Below are positions 1 to 11,424 of a stretch of 64,000 bases of DNA, in pieces. Position numbers and translations under genes: made by a program. Below the pieces are notes generated by a model. The model saw only the letters and a program-made list of their open reading frames with translations. It had not been told where the DNA came from and ran no database searches. The first letter of the stretch is position 1. Every line of letters begins with the position of its first letter. The stretch is from Macrostomum hystrix (taxonomy: Eukaryota; Animalia; Platyhelminthes), in assembly GCA_950097015.1 (NCBI GenBank), contig CATNEN010000007.1:7936001-8000000 (forward strand), written 5' to 3'.

Positions 1-61
1 TCTGCCTCAACTAAAGGCATGGGTCAATTATTTCACCAGATACTGCTACAACTGCTTGACG

Positions 62-218
62 CATGTCCCTGCTACACAAGGACACCTCAGACACACAAAT
101 TAGTCAAGTACTTTTTCAAGCCGCAAAGAAGCAGAGAAAGCACACTTTAAATGAGAATATCTGAAAAAGTACTTGACTAATTTGTGTGTCTGAGGTGTCC
201 TTGTGTAGCAGAGACATG
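62..218. repeat. Long inverted repeat (57-bp arms, 43-bp spacer)
   Basis: 62-118 (catgtccctgctacacaagg...tactttttca) is the reverse complement of 162-218 with one mismatch. Confidence 0.85.
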
Positions 219-1609
219 TCTGCTACATGTCTGAAAAATGTCTGTCCGAAAATGTCTGTCGGGGAACCCATACATTTTCTCTGCTTGTTTTAAAAGCTAG
301 TTAAAAAAGAAAAGTAGGCCTATATGTTGTCATAATTATTTAAACCTAGTTATCCCAGTGAGCCCAGTATGAACTCATGTTTTAAACACTCCCTCATTCT
401 TTGACATAGGTCAAACTAGTTTCAGTTGACAATCATCTTTGAAATTTGTCTGCTATGCTGAAAAAATCATTACTCAAACATAAGAAGTGCAAATTGTTTA
501 CAATGGTTAAGCAATCATCATAATGTAATGGTTACTATATAATATCGATTTTAAAATGTGATCATCAACATAAAAAGACAATGAGATGTAATGTAATATT
601 TAATAAAAAAACTACAAAAATTTAATTTACTTTCCCCAACTTTTGTGACAACTAGGCCTAAATACTATACAAAGGTAAGCACTGCACTTTTTGTTGATTA
701 TTTACTGTACCCACACAATTGAAAATGCTTGTCTTTTAAAACTGAGGGGTGGCACTCCTTTTTGTACCCTTTAGGCCCCCTAGTTCTCTTCATATTATGT
801 ACAGGATTAAAGCCAAGACATCTATGCAGTAGGAGTCGTGGAGCCACTTAATTTATGACGTCATGTGTCAGTGGTTCAAAGCTCGGTGATTAAGTGAACA
901 AATTACTTCTAACTAAATACATAAAATCAATTTAGGGTTTCGTATTTAAATTATCCGATAGAAAATAACACAGGGGCAAAAAGGGTATAATAACATTGAT
1001 ACAAAGAAACAACCAGAATCTAATTCTAAATCTAATTATTTTAATGAGCATGTTTAGGTTGAAGCGACTTAATCTATTATGACGTTTTAAGTGTTAATAA
1101 TCAACAAGAAAGGAAATTACAAAAGTCGTCAAGCTCTCACTTTCCATAAAATAATTACCTACCGGTCTCTCCGTTCAAATCTAAGTGATTAATTTGTCAT
1201 TAAAACAAAAATGCACAGTTTTGAGTTTAAGCATAACGTAACAACCATTATGTTCCTAGTTTAACTGTATCTGTGTATAGGAATGTATAGTATCGTTTCA
1301 TTGCATTATATGAAAACTGTATTTGCCATTAGTGCACATCTTTTTAGATGTGCACACCGTTTTATAGATCCACTAGCTTTTTTTGCCCGTTGTTTTTGGG
1401 GCAGAAATTTAAAGCAAAGCAGTAAGCAATTCACGTCTCTGTATTAACTTTATAGTGAAGGTCACCATTTATTTATTTACTGCATTAATGAAAAGTGAAG
1501 AGTTTGTTTAAGGGCGTTTTAAGTAAAAAATAAGTGAAAAGTTTGTCCAAACAGCCCCCTCTTGATTACTTCTTTAGAAACATGTCTCTTAGCCACTCCT
1601 CTATACAGT

Positions 1610-1882
1610 CAGTGGCAGATCCAGGAAATTTGTTTTGGGGCGGTCTGTCAGGGGAGCGCCATGAGAATCACAGAGGGGGTGCCAGCGGCCGAAAAAGGGC
1701 GCAAGGAGCCAAGAAAGGGCGCCAGCGGCTGAAAAACGGGAGCCAGCGGCTGAAAAAGGGGCGCCAGCGGCCGAAAAGGGGCGCCAGTGCTGCGACTGGC
1801 GCCCCTGGTGGGGGCATCTTATTCCCATGATTAAAATTTAGGGGGGCGACTGCCCCCCCGCCCCCCCCTAAATCTGCCTCTG
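1610..1882 (-). mobile_element. hAT-type MITE nested in Helitron copy 1
   Basis: Imperfect TIRs CAGAGGCAGATTTAG/CAGTGGCAGATCCAG, 8-bp TSD ACTGTATA, GC-rich internal repeats. Confidence 0.8.
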
Positions 1883-2034
1883 TATACAGTATGCATGTAC
1901 ACGCGTATACATAAGGAAAATAGCCATGGCATAACAATAACAATGTCAAAGAAACAAAATTAAACTGTTTCAGAGTTTAGAGTTAGACAGGTCAAGGTCA
2001 ATTCGTGACTACTTTTCTATTAATTGCTTGCGAG

Positions 2035-2571
2035 TCACCTCAAGGCCTGGGGATACACCACATTCTTCGTTCTTCCCCTTGGTGCGAAAATGAATAGGCC
2101 AGCTGGAGTTCCAACACGGGAGCAGGCGACATAAAGCTGCCCATGCGAGAAGCAAGGAGTCTCCAGGTTGATGCCAGCCACCTTCAGCGACTGTCCCTGA
2201 GCCTTGTTAATAGTCATCGCAAAGCACACTCTCACAGGGAACTGCAGTCGCTTGAACTGAAATGGCAGGTCCGTGGGGATAATTGGAATCCGGGGAACGA
2301 ACACAGACTCTCCTCTGCCAGATCCAGTCATTATCGTGGCCTCAATCACGTGTGGGAAGAGCCGCCTGACTATCAGTCTGGTGCCGTTACACAGCCTTGG
2401 CGCATTCAGGTTGCGGAGGAGCATAATTGGTGCCCCAACTTTCAGCTGCAAGTTGTGCGATGGAGTTCCAGGAGGATCTAGAGAGTTCAGAAACTCAACA
2501 GGATACTCCACAGCGGTGTCATCATTCAACGTTGTATCAATTGACTTGTAGGTGAAAACTGCACCTGGCAA
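2035..2571 (-). pseudogene. Helitron RepHel Pif1-like helicase C-terminal fragment
   Basis: Motifs CNGTRL, FAMTINKAQGQSL and HGQLYVACSRV are present. There is no ATG (the ORF starts at TTG), no Walker A and no Rep domain. Confidence 0.85.
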
Positions 2572-4410
2572 CTCCTGAAGCAGTTGGTAGTTAATTTCGT
2601 TGGCGGCATCATTTCTAGGACACAGAATTGCCCTCTCTGACAGCCAGTCAACGCCAGCCTCTCTCTTCTATCCCAGGCTGGCTGGCTGGAGAGAAATATC
2701 GACCGGAGAGCCTAGCTGCGCACTGGGACGCCACCGCACTCACCGCACTCAGTCTCAGTGCTGCTTGGGGGCCAGTAGACAGTCTAGGGGTTTGGGCTGT
2801 GTACATTCACGGCTTGAAATACAATGTACAGTCTGGGGCTTCGGCGCCCGGGGAAGGGAGGGGGTGGCTGTAATAAAATTTGGCCCGCAGAGTGGCGGAG
2901 GGGAGTTGGGGTGGCTGTCCTCGGAAAACAAAAAGTGACTCACTTTGAGATGATGCAGCTTTGCTCTGGATTGAGTAGAGATGTTCAAAATTGACAGCAT
3001 TGTTGGAAAACATGTAAAGTGTAAGTGGATCAAATTTGGAGAAAATCTGACAAAGTGGGGCGACGATATGTTGAATTGAGTGATATTTTGACGATTTTTG
3101 AGCAGTTTTTTGCACTTTTGAGCAGGAAGGAAATGATTTTTCGGGAATTTGAGTAGCCTATTGCACTCAGCGTAGGTGGTTTTAGGTATGTGCAAAGTTT
3201 GGTGCGATTTGGTTGAGCGGTTTCGGCGTCTATAAAGACAAAAGGTTGCACACAGACAGACAGACAGACAGACAGAGTTTTCACTTTTATATATATAGAT
3301 TAGCGAAAGATATATTTCTTAGAGAAATCGCAATCCTTAACCCAAACTTTGAGTATCTTTCACCTGAGTACAAAGCAATCTACTTAATGATGCAAGACAA
3401 TAGAGAAAAAACACACATTTGCAGGTTAATATGGACATGAGATTACGCAGAAAAGTTAGCAACTCTCAAATCAAAGTTACAGTATGGGTATTAAACCGTG
3501 GCCTTAAATGTATATTTTCTTAGTAATCGCTTTAAAAAGAGCCAAAACGTGTTTTTTCAGATTTTTATAATAAAAAAGCAAGTTTTTGACGTTCGCATTA
3601 TGAATAATAATATCATATATATCATTTTATCCAAAGTAACTAAAAGTAAGCGTATATCTATATATATAAAAGTGAAAACTCTGTCTGTGTGTGTGTGTGT
3701 CTGTCTGTGTGTGTGCAACCTTTTGTCTTTATAGACGCCGAAACCGCTCAACCAAATTGCACCAAACTTTGCACATACCTAAAACCACCTACGCTGAGTG
3801 CAATAGGCTACTCAAATTCCCGAAAAATCATTTCCTTCCTGCTCAAAAGTGCAAAAAACTGCTCAAAAATCGTCAAAAAATCACTCAATTCGACATATCG
3901 TCGCCCCACTTTGTCAGATTTTCTCCAAATTTGATCCACTTACACTTTACATGTTTTCCAACAATGCTGTCAATTTTGAACATCTCTACTCAATCCAGAG
4001 CAAAGCTGCATCATCTCAAAGTGAGTCACTTTTTGTTTTCCGAGGACAGCCACCCCAACTCCCCTCCGCCACTCTGCGGGCCAAATTTTATTACAGCCAC
4101 CCCCTCCCTTCCCCGGGCGCCGAAGCCCCAGACTGTACATTGTATTTCAAGCCGTGAATGTACACAGCCCAAACCCCTAGACTGTCTACTGGCCCCCAAG
4201 CAGCACTGAGACTGAGTGCGGTGAGTGCGGTGGCGTCCCAGTGTCTGTCTTTTGTCTTTATAGACGCCGAAACCGCTCAACCAAATCGCACCAAACTTTG
4301 CACATACCTAAAACCACCTACGCTGAGTGCAATAGGCTACTCAAATTCCCGAAAAATCATTTCCTTCCTGCTCAAAATTGCAAAAAACTGCTCAAAAATC
4401 GTCAAAAAAG

Positions 4411-5071
4411 CTCAAGGCAAAAGTTTACCCGAACCTGATGGTTCGATATGCTGACGTTGACTGGCTGTCAGAGAGGGCAATTCTGTGTCCTAGAAATGAT
4501 GCCGCAACGAAATTAACTACCAACTGCTTCAGGAGTTGCCAGGTGCAGTTTTCACCTACAAGTCAATTGATACAACGTTGACTGATGACACCGCTGTGGA
4601 GTATCCTGTTGAGTTTCTGAACTCTCTAGATCCTCCTGGAACTCCATTGCACAACTTGCAGCTGAAAGTTGGGGCACCAATTATGCTCCTCCGCAACCTG
4701 AATGCGCCAAGGCTGTGTAACGGCACCAGACTGATAGTCAGGCGGCTCTTCCCACACGTGATTGAGGCCACGATAATGACTGGATCTGGCAGAGGAGAGT
4801 CTGTATTCGTTCCCCGGATTCCAATTATCCCCACGGACCTGCCATTTCAGTTCAAGCGACTGCAGTTCCCTGTGAGAGTGTGCTTTGCGATGACTATTAA
4901 CAAGGCTCAGGGACAGTCGCTGAAGGTGGCTGGCATCAACCTGGAGACTCCTTGCTTCTCGCATTGCAGCTTTATGTCGCCTGCTCCCGTGTTGGAACTC
5001 CAGCTGGCCTATTCATTTTCGCACCAAGGGGAAGAACGAAAAATGTGGTGTATCCCCAGGCCTTGAGGTGA
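4411..5071 (+). pseudogene. Helitron Pif1-like helicase fragment, frameshifted
   Basis: KVYPNLMVRYADVDWLSERAILCPRND, then a 1-bp deletion, then ...FAMTINKAQGQSL..., with a second frameshift at about 4965 (gcattgcagc versus gcatgggcagc in the other copies). Confidence 0.8.
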
Positions 5072-5223
5072 CTCGCAAGCAATTAATAGAAAAGTAGTCA
5101 CGAATTGACCTTGACCTGTCTAACTCTGAACTCTGAAACAGTTTAATTTTGTTTCTTTGACATTGTTATTGTTATGCCATGGCTATTTTCCTTATGTATA
5201 CGCGTGTACATGCATACTGTATA

Positions 5224-5467
5224 CAGAGGCAGACTTAGGGGGGGGGGCGGGGGGGCAGTCGCCCCCCTAAATTTTAATCATGGGAATAAGATGCGCCCCT
5301 TTTCGGCCGCTGGCGCCCCTTTTTCAGCCGCTGGCTCCCGTTTTTCAGCCGCTGGCGCCCTTTCTTGGCTCCTGGCGCCCTTTTTCGGCCGCTGGCACCC
5401 CCTCTGTGATTCTCATGGCGCTCCCCTGACAGACCGCCCCAAAACAAAATTCCTGGATCTGCCACTG
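5224..5467 (+). mobile_element. hAT-type MITE nested in Helitron copy 2 (internally deleted)
   Basis: Near-identical TIRs and the same ACTGTATA TSD as the MITEs in copies 1 and 3. Confidence 0.8.
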
Positions 5468-6567
5468 ACTGTATAGAGGAGTGGCTAAGAGACATGTTTC
5501 TAAAGAAGTAATCAAGAGGGGGCTGTTTGGACAAACTTTTCACTTATTTTTTACTTAAAATGCCCTTAAACAAACTCTTCACTTTTCATTAATGCAGTAA
5601 ATAAATAAATGGTGACCTTCACTATAAAGTTAATACAGAGACGTGAATTGCTTACTGCTTTGCTTTAAATTTCTGCCCCAAAAACAACGGGCAAAAAAAA
5701 GCTAGTACGGTATATGTCATGTAATATGATTTATACTCGTATCTTTCATCGATCGTATCTTATTAGATATTAGTGACTTATTGCGTCTCTCTTACATTTG
5801 TTTACAATAGATTTTACAAGAGAATAATGAGCATATTAATCTATATATATAAAAGTGAAAACTCTGTCTGTCTGTCTGTCTGTCTGTGTGCAACCTTTTG
5901 TCTTTATAGACGCCGAAACCGCTCAACCAAATCGCACCAAACTTTGCACATACCTAAAACCACCTACGCTGAGTGCAATAGGCTACTCAAATTCCCGAAA
6001 AATCATTTCCTTCCTGCTCAAAAGTGCAAAAAACTGCTCAAAAATCGTCAAAATATCACTCAATTCAACATATCGTCGCCCCACTTTGTCAGATTTTCTC
6101 CAAATTTGATCCACTTACACTTTACATGTTTTCCAACAATGCTGTCAATTTTGAACATCTCTACTCAATCCAGAGCAAAGCTGCATCATCTCAAAGTGAG
6201 TCACTTTTTGTTTTCCGAGGACAGCCACCCCAACTCCCCTCCGCCACTCTGCGGGCCAAATTTTATTACAGCCACCCCCTCCCTTCCCCGGGCGCCGAAG
6301 CCCCAGACTGTACATTGTATTTCAAGCCGTGAATGTACACAGCCCAAACCCCTAGACTGTCTACTGGCCCCCAAGCAGCACTGAGACTGAGTGCGGTGAG
6401 TGCGGTGGCGTCCCAGTGCGCAGCTAGGCTCTCCGGTCGATATTTCTCTCCAGCCAGCCAGCCTGGGATAGAAGAGAGAGGCTGGCGTTGACTGGCTGTC
6501 AGAGAGGGCAATTCTGTGTCCTAGAAATGATGCCGCCAACGAAATTAACTACCAACTGCTTCAGGAG

Positions 6568-7104
6568 TTGCCAGGTGCAGTTTTCACCTACAAGTCAATT
6601 GATACAACGTTGAATGATGACACCGCTGTGGAGTATCCTGTTGAGTTTCTGAACTCTCTAGATCCTCCTGGAACTCCATCGCACAACTTGCAGCTGAAAG
6701 TTGGGGCACCAATTATGCTCCTCCGCAACCTGAATGCGCCAAGGCTGTGTAACGGCACCAGACTGATAGTCAGGCGGCTCTTCCCACACGTGATTGAGGC
6801 CACGATAATGACTGGATCTGGCAGAGGAGAGTCTGTGTTCGTTCCCCGGATTCCAATTATCCCCACGGACCTGCCATTTCAGTTCAAGCGACTGCAGTTC
6901 CCTGTGAGAGTGTGCTTTGCGATGACTATTAACAAGGCTCAGGGACAGTCGCTGAAGGTGGCTGGCATCAACCTGGAGACTCCTTGCTTCTCGCATGGGC
7001 AGCTTTATGTCGCCTGCTCCCGTGTTGGAACTCCAGCTGGCCTATTCATTTTCGCACCAAGGGGAAGAACGAAGAATGTGGTGTATCCCCAGGCCTTGAG
7101 GTGA
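6568..7104 (+). pseudogene. Helitron RepHel Pif1-like helicase C-terminal fragment
   Basis: Translation identical to 2035-2571. The frame extends upstream to about 6487 (VDWLSERAILCPRND). Confidence 0.85.
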
Positions 7105-7256
7105 CTCGCAAGCAATTAATAGAAAAGTAGTCACGAATTGACCTTGACCTGTCTAACTCTAAACTCTGAAACAGTTTAATTTTGTTTCTTTGACATTGTT
7201 ATTGTTATGCCATGGCTATTTTCCTTATGTATACGCGTGTACATGCATACTGTATA

Positions 7257-7529
7257 CAGAGGCAGATTTAGGGGGGGGCGGGGGGGCAGTCGCCCCCCTA
7301 AATTTTAATCATGGGAATAAGATGCCCCCACCAGGGGCGCCAGTCGCAGCACTGGCGCCCCTTTTCGGCCGCTGGCGCCCCTTTTTCAGCCGCTGGCTCC
7401 CGTTTTTCAGCCGCTGGCGCCCTTTCTTGGCTCCTTGCGCCCTTTTTCGGCCGCTGGCACCCCCTCTGTGATTCTCATGGCGCTCCCCTGACAGACCGCC
7501 CCAAAACAAATTTCCTGGATCTGCCACTG
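7257..7529 (+). mobile_element. hAT-type MITE nested in Helitron copy 3
   Basis: TSD ACTGTATA at 7249-7256 and 7530-7537; TIRs cagaggcagattta/tggatctgccactg. Confidence 0.85.
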
Positions 7530-8031
7530 ACTGTATAGAGGAGTGGCTAAGAGACATGTTTCTAAAGAAGTAATCAAGAGGGGGCTGTTTGGACAAACTT
7601 TTCACTTATTTTTTACTTAAAACGCCCTTAAACAAACTCTTCACTTTTCATTAATGCAGTAAATAAATAAATGGTGACCTTCACTATAAAGTTAATACAG
7701 AGACGTGAATTGCTTACTGCTTTGCTTTAAATTTCTGCCCCAAAAACAACGGGCAAAAAAAGCTAGTACTCTATATAACTCTCCTCTAGCTCTTGACAAG
7801 CAGATCTGAGTTTAAGATCAGAGATTATGAGTTCTATACACACATATTTATATATGAAAGCACAGCTTAGAGTACATTGCATACTGTTACAGGACACATT
7901 ATTTTACAGCAGATACTGTTTGGGATCTGCACATGCATATGTGAACAACCATTGTAAACTTCTTTTATTATGCACACGGGTCAATTCGCACACCGTTTCA
8001 AAAACTTGCATAAATATGCTTCATTGAATGT

Positions 8032-8589
8032 TTATGATGTTTCTACGGCAACCATTTCGGACTTAGTCAAGCGTTTGATCTTGGCTGGCTTGGCGATCCG
8101 CTGCCCCTGCTGCTTCACTTGCCTCTCTGATTGTTGGCACATCTTGCGGCTGCTGCTGCTGCCATTATGTACTTCGCTGCCGGCGCTCTGCTCTGAAGTT
8201 GCCGATAAATTGGGAGCCAGGGAAGACTGACTGCCGCCTCCGCAGGCACCAGCTCCGCTGCTGCTGCCGCCGCCGCTGTTGCTGACGTTGCCGACGCCGC
8301 CAGCTGTGGTGATCGAATGCCGACTACTGTTGCGTCGAGGCCAGGCGTTGGGCGAAGTGGAGGAGGACATTCGCGTCCACCGGCTCCCCGGTCGGGACGT
8401 CGATGACGCGGACCACATGGCGTTGATCTCGGACCTGTCGACCTCAGTGCTCCTCCAGATGATGCCCTTTTTAACCAGCAGCCATAGTACAAAGCCTATT
8501 AGTACCGCAAACAAAAGAAACACGCAGACAAACACGAAGGCGAGGCCGGTGACTGTCAGGCTGCCCGACTCATCTTCGCCTACCGGCAT
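8032..8589 (-). CDS. Uncharacterised single-pass membrane protein (185 aa)
   Basis: ATG-to-stop ORF in a GC-rich island. N-terminal hydrophobic helix (LAFVFVCVFLLFAVLIGFVLWLLV) followed by KK, then a Ser/Gly-rich tail. Confidence 0.65.
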   Translation of the reverse strand: MPVGEDESGSLTVTGLAFVFVCVFLLFAVLIGFVLWLLVKKGIIWRSTEVDRSEINAMWSASSTSRPGSRWTRMSSSTSPNAWPRRNSSRHSITTAGGVGNVSNSGGGSSSGAGACGGGSQSSLAPNLSATSEQSAGSEVHNGSSSSRKMCQQSERQVKQQGQRIAKPAKIKRLTKSEMVAVETS

Positions 8590-9463
8590 TTTCGAATGGA
8601 CTCAGACAGATTGGCCGCTATAACAGCGGTACTGCGGCCATGGCTGCACAGACTGCGTCCAACCGAAAAGCTTTTTGTACCGGTTGCTGAAGCAGACAAT
8701 AACCTACCTATCTCCATGGAAACACACCTAGCCAATCCAATTATCGGGCTATAAATTGCCGCTTCTTTGCTGAACAGAGCCTCTTTGATGGCCTCATCGT
8801 GCTCCGTTCTGCTCAACATTGATGAGGGTCGCGGGAATGTAAATAATTTTCCTTTCATAGCATGCAGCTATGAAAACTCCCACAAAACTGCCTAGGCTAC
8901 ATGCTACAAGCTGGGAAGTAACAGGCAAACAGTTTAACTGACGAATACAGTTTGTTGTGCTGTCGAGTTCAATGTTATAGACATTGGCTCGCGTCCTATT
9001 TTTTATAATAGCAGATGTACACGCGGAAGTCTACAATACCGAGTATAAAAATGTTGAAAAAATAACAGACTTTAGACGGAAGATGAGATTCTATCATATA
9101 GAGCTCAGGCGCAGGATGGCAACTAAGCAGATTGTGTACCATTTAGCTTGCAATTTAAAAGCTTGAGTATGCAAGTTACACGTCGATTAGCAATCACTCG
9201 GAAAACAACAATGCAAAGAAAGATGAAAAAACATTGTGCTCAACACTGATATAATAAAAAAACATGTTTATTCCAATACTCAGCTGGATTAAATAGTCTG
9301 CAATAGCAGAAGGCTCTAGCACCGTGAAAAAGCACCTCGAAAAAATAAGCATCTACAAGCAAAGTCATGGACGTGGCTTGTGTTGTTCGAAATTGCCTGT
9401 TATTTCAGCTAGGGACGGTCACGTGCCAGTCTTTGAGTTCAACCGCGCTCGTGTACAAATAAT

Positions 9464-11424
9464 TCAATCAGCTACGCAGCTGTTTGGAAAGACGGGCTCG
9501 CATCTTGGAGTCATTGGCTGCTGATTGGCTGCAGGCGAGTTGCAATCCGTTGGCGCGATCTGATTGGTTGGCAGTTCAGCCTCCCATACGCAGTTATCGT
9601 AGACTGGCGGATCCGAAGGCAAATCGCCAGTGAGTGGCGGATTCGGGTACAGTTCATACGATGGCGGGCGGGTGGCTGCCAGTTTGGCATCCAGCTGCCA
9701 CCGCCTGACGCTGTGGATAAAGCAGGCCAGGACGCTAATTGTGATCACCGCCAGGATGAAGGCGCAAACGCCCAGCACGTAAAAGTACATTCGACGCTCG
9801 GATTCTGCAGCCTCGGTATTGTCAGCCGAGTCCTGCATGCTCGAACTGTCTCGACAATCGACGCACGGCACGCCGCTGGCTGGGTAAAGCACCGAGCTGC
9901 CACCGGGCGGTGACGAGCAGATGAAGGGTCGCTGCTCCGCGCAGTTGCTACGGTAGATCTGTGCCTCCCTGTACAGGGCGCACTGGCATACGATGCTAGA
10001 CCTGCTGCAGTCGTAGTTGTAGTCAGGAAGAGTGCTGTGGTGGCAAAGGTTGTTGATGAGCAGTCAGTAAAACGGAACCAGATCTATTTTTCCTAACATT
10101 TGGGTTTCTCTCTAATAACTCTCCTTTCCTGGAAACGTTTTGAAGTTTTTTGAAGATCAACCTTAGTTGACTTCACACTACTTCAAGAACACTCGTCGGT
10201 TATTTTGAAATTCCCCAAGTACTCGTAGTAACAAGAAGGACGATTACTTTGTGATTTGAAAAAAACTCTTGAGAAATTAACAGAAGCCATGATTCTTACA
10301 GGATTTGCAAGTCAGATTATTTATGGCGCTTTTATTCTTAGATAGAGGGACTTAATAAAGGAGGGTGAACTCAAAATTGAATGAAATCGGTCCACAAACT
10401 TTATGGACTGGCTGACGTTAGTCACGTGCTGGTGTTGTGATAAATGAAAATGTGACCTAATCCCATTGGGTCAGATGTACAGCGTGTAGCACAGCCGAAG
10501 CTATTGTCCGACGCTTCCAAAGGTTGTGTACAGCTGTTTAAGTCCGTGGACTGGTGAAGATGCTAATTCTGGTACCCATTTACAGCTGCGTGAACAGAAG
10601 AAATAGAAATCAATGTTGCTCAAGGACTCAAACTATTTCCCTAGGGCCGCGACTCGAACTCCCGACCATTTCCTGAAGCAGCTAAATACACTGCATGAAT
10701 AGTAGCAGGAATTATTTTAGCACAACCCGTACCCGCGAGCCAGCAGTCTCGAGCCATTGATGTAAGCCCAGTCTCCGTCCGCGGTTCGCCGGCCGCCGAT
10801 CCAGTAGCCGAAGCCTGGCCGCATCCGGTTGCCGAAGAGCAGGTAGGCCAGCTCCCACGCCGTGGGGTCGGACCCGGCCGTGGTGAACAGGTTGGCGCCA
10901 ACTCTCTGGCAGGCACTCTGGGCGTCAGCGAAGTTAAGCGCGTTGCCGGCGACTGCTTCCGACACCATCAGGCAGCCGCCGGGCCAAGGCATCGACCAGC
11001 CGTCGGTTTCAGGCGGGCAGGCGGTCGGCGCTACGAGGCTTGCGCGGAAAGTCAGGCGACCGGTGCGCAGAGTGAGGTTCAGGGAGAACTCGCAGGTCCG
11101 GGTCAGCGCCCTGCGGGAGCTGCTGCTGGCCAGCTGGGCCGGGCCACTCCAGTTGATGCGGCTGATGCCGTCGCGCACGAAAATATCAACATCGGTGCCA
11201 CTGCCGGGCTCGAGGTTCAGGTACCACCGGCCAGCTGTTGGAGCGGCCGTCACGCTCAGACGACACTGGACGGGCGCATTTGCCGCCACGAGAGTCAGCT
11301 GGTTGACGCCGGGACCCACTGGCGGTAGGTAGCTGCCATTGCAGATCAGTTCGATTTGCAATGATTTCTGCGGCAGTTCCAGGAGCAGCAGAAACAGCAG
11401 CGGCAGCAACTGTTGCTTTAGCAT
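9464..11424 (-). CDS. Type I membrane protein with CUB-like and C-type lectin domains (about 420 aa, 2 coding exons)
   Basis: Exons 11424-10733 and 10034-9464 join in frame across a phase-2 GT-AG intron. Signal peptide; CTLD motifs CLMV..LNFADAQSACQRVGANL..YWIGG..WAYING..CAEQRPFIC; TM FYVLGVCAFILAVITISVLACFI; cytoplasmic PPSY and PPVY. Confidence 0.8.

Larger units (their letters stand above)
1373..3299 (-). mobile_element. Non-autonomous Helitron, copy 1 (1927 bp)
   Basis: On the minus strand it starts TCTATATATATAAAAG and ends CTAG, with a subterminal TGCCC..GGGCA hairpin, inserted between A and T without a TSD. It carries a Pif1-type helicase fragment and is an inverted copy of 5840-7766. 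Confidence 0.9.
3657..5705 (+). mobile_element. Non-autonomous Helitron, copy 2 (rearranged variant, 2049 bp)
   Basis: A|TC start at 3657 and CTAG|T end at 5702-5705. The 5' segment is duplicated internally at about 4245-4410 and the helicase fragment carries frameshifts. Confidence 0.9.
5840..7766 (+). mobile_element. Non-autonomous Helitron, copy 3 (1927 bp)
   Basis: A|TC start at 5840, subterminal hairpin, CTAG|T end at 7763-7766. Its ORF set is identical to that of copy 1. Confidence 0.9.

Noticed and set aside
1332-1355. Perfect 10-bp hairpin GTGCACATCT-TTTT-AGATGTGCAC next to the Helitron 1 end
   Set aside because: It lies outside the element, is absent next to the other copies, and a bacterial terminator reading does not apply to this eukaryotic DNA.
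2755-6384. ORFs in the Helitron 5' module (MHIPKTTYAE..., MQKTAQKSS...)
   Set aside because: Overlapping in several frames with no recognisable motif; their repetition only reflects element copies.
2035-7104. Three Pif1 helicase ORFs as host genes
   Set aside because: They are C-terminal fragments without ATG or Walker A, lying inside TC...CTAG Helitron boundaries.
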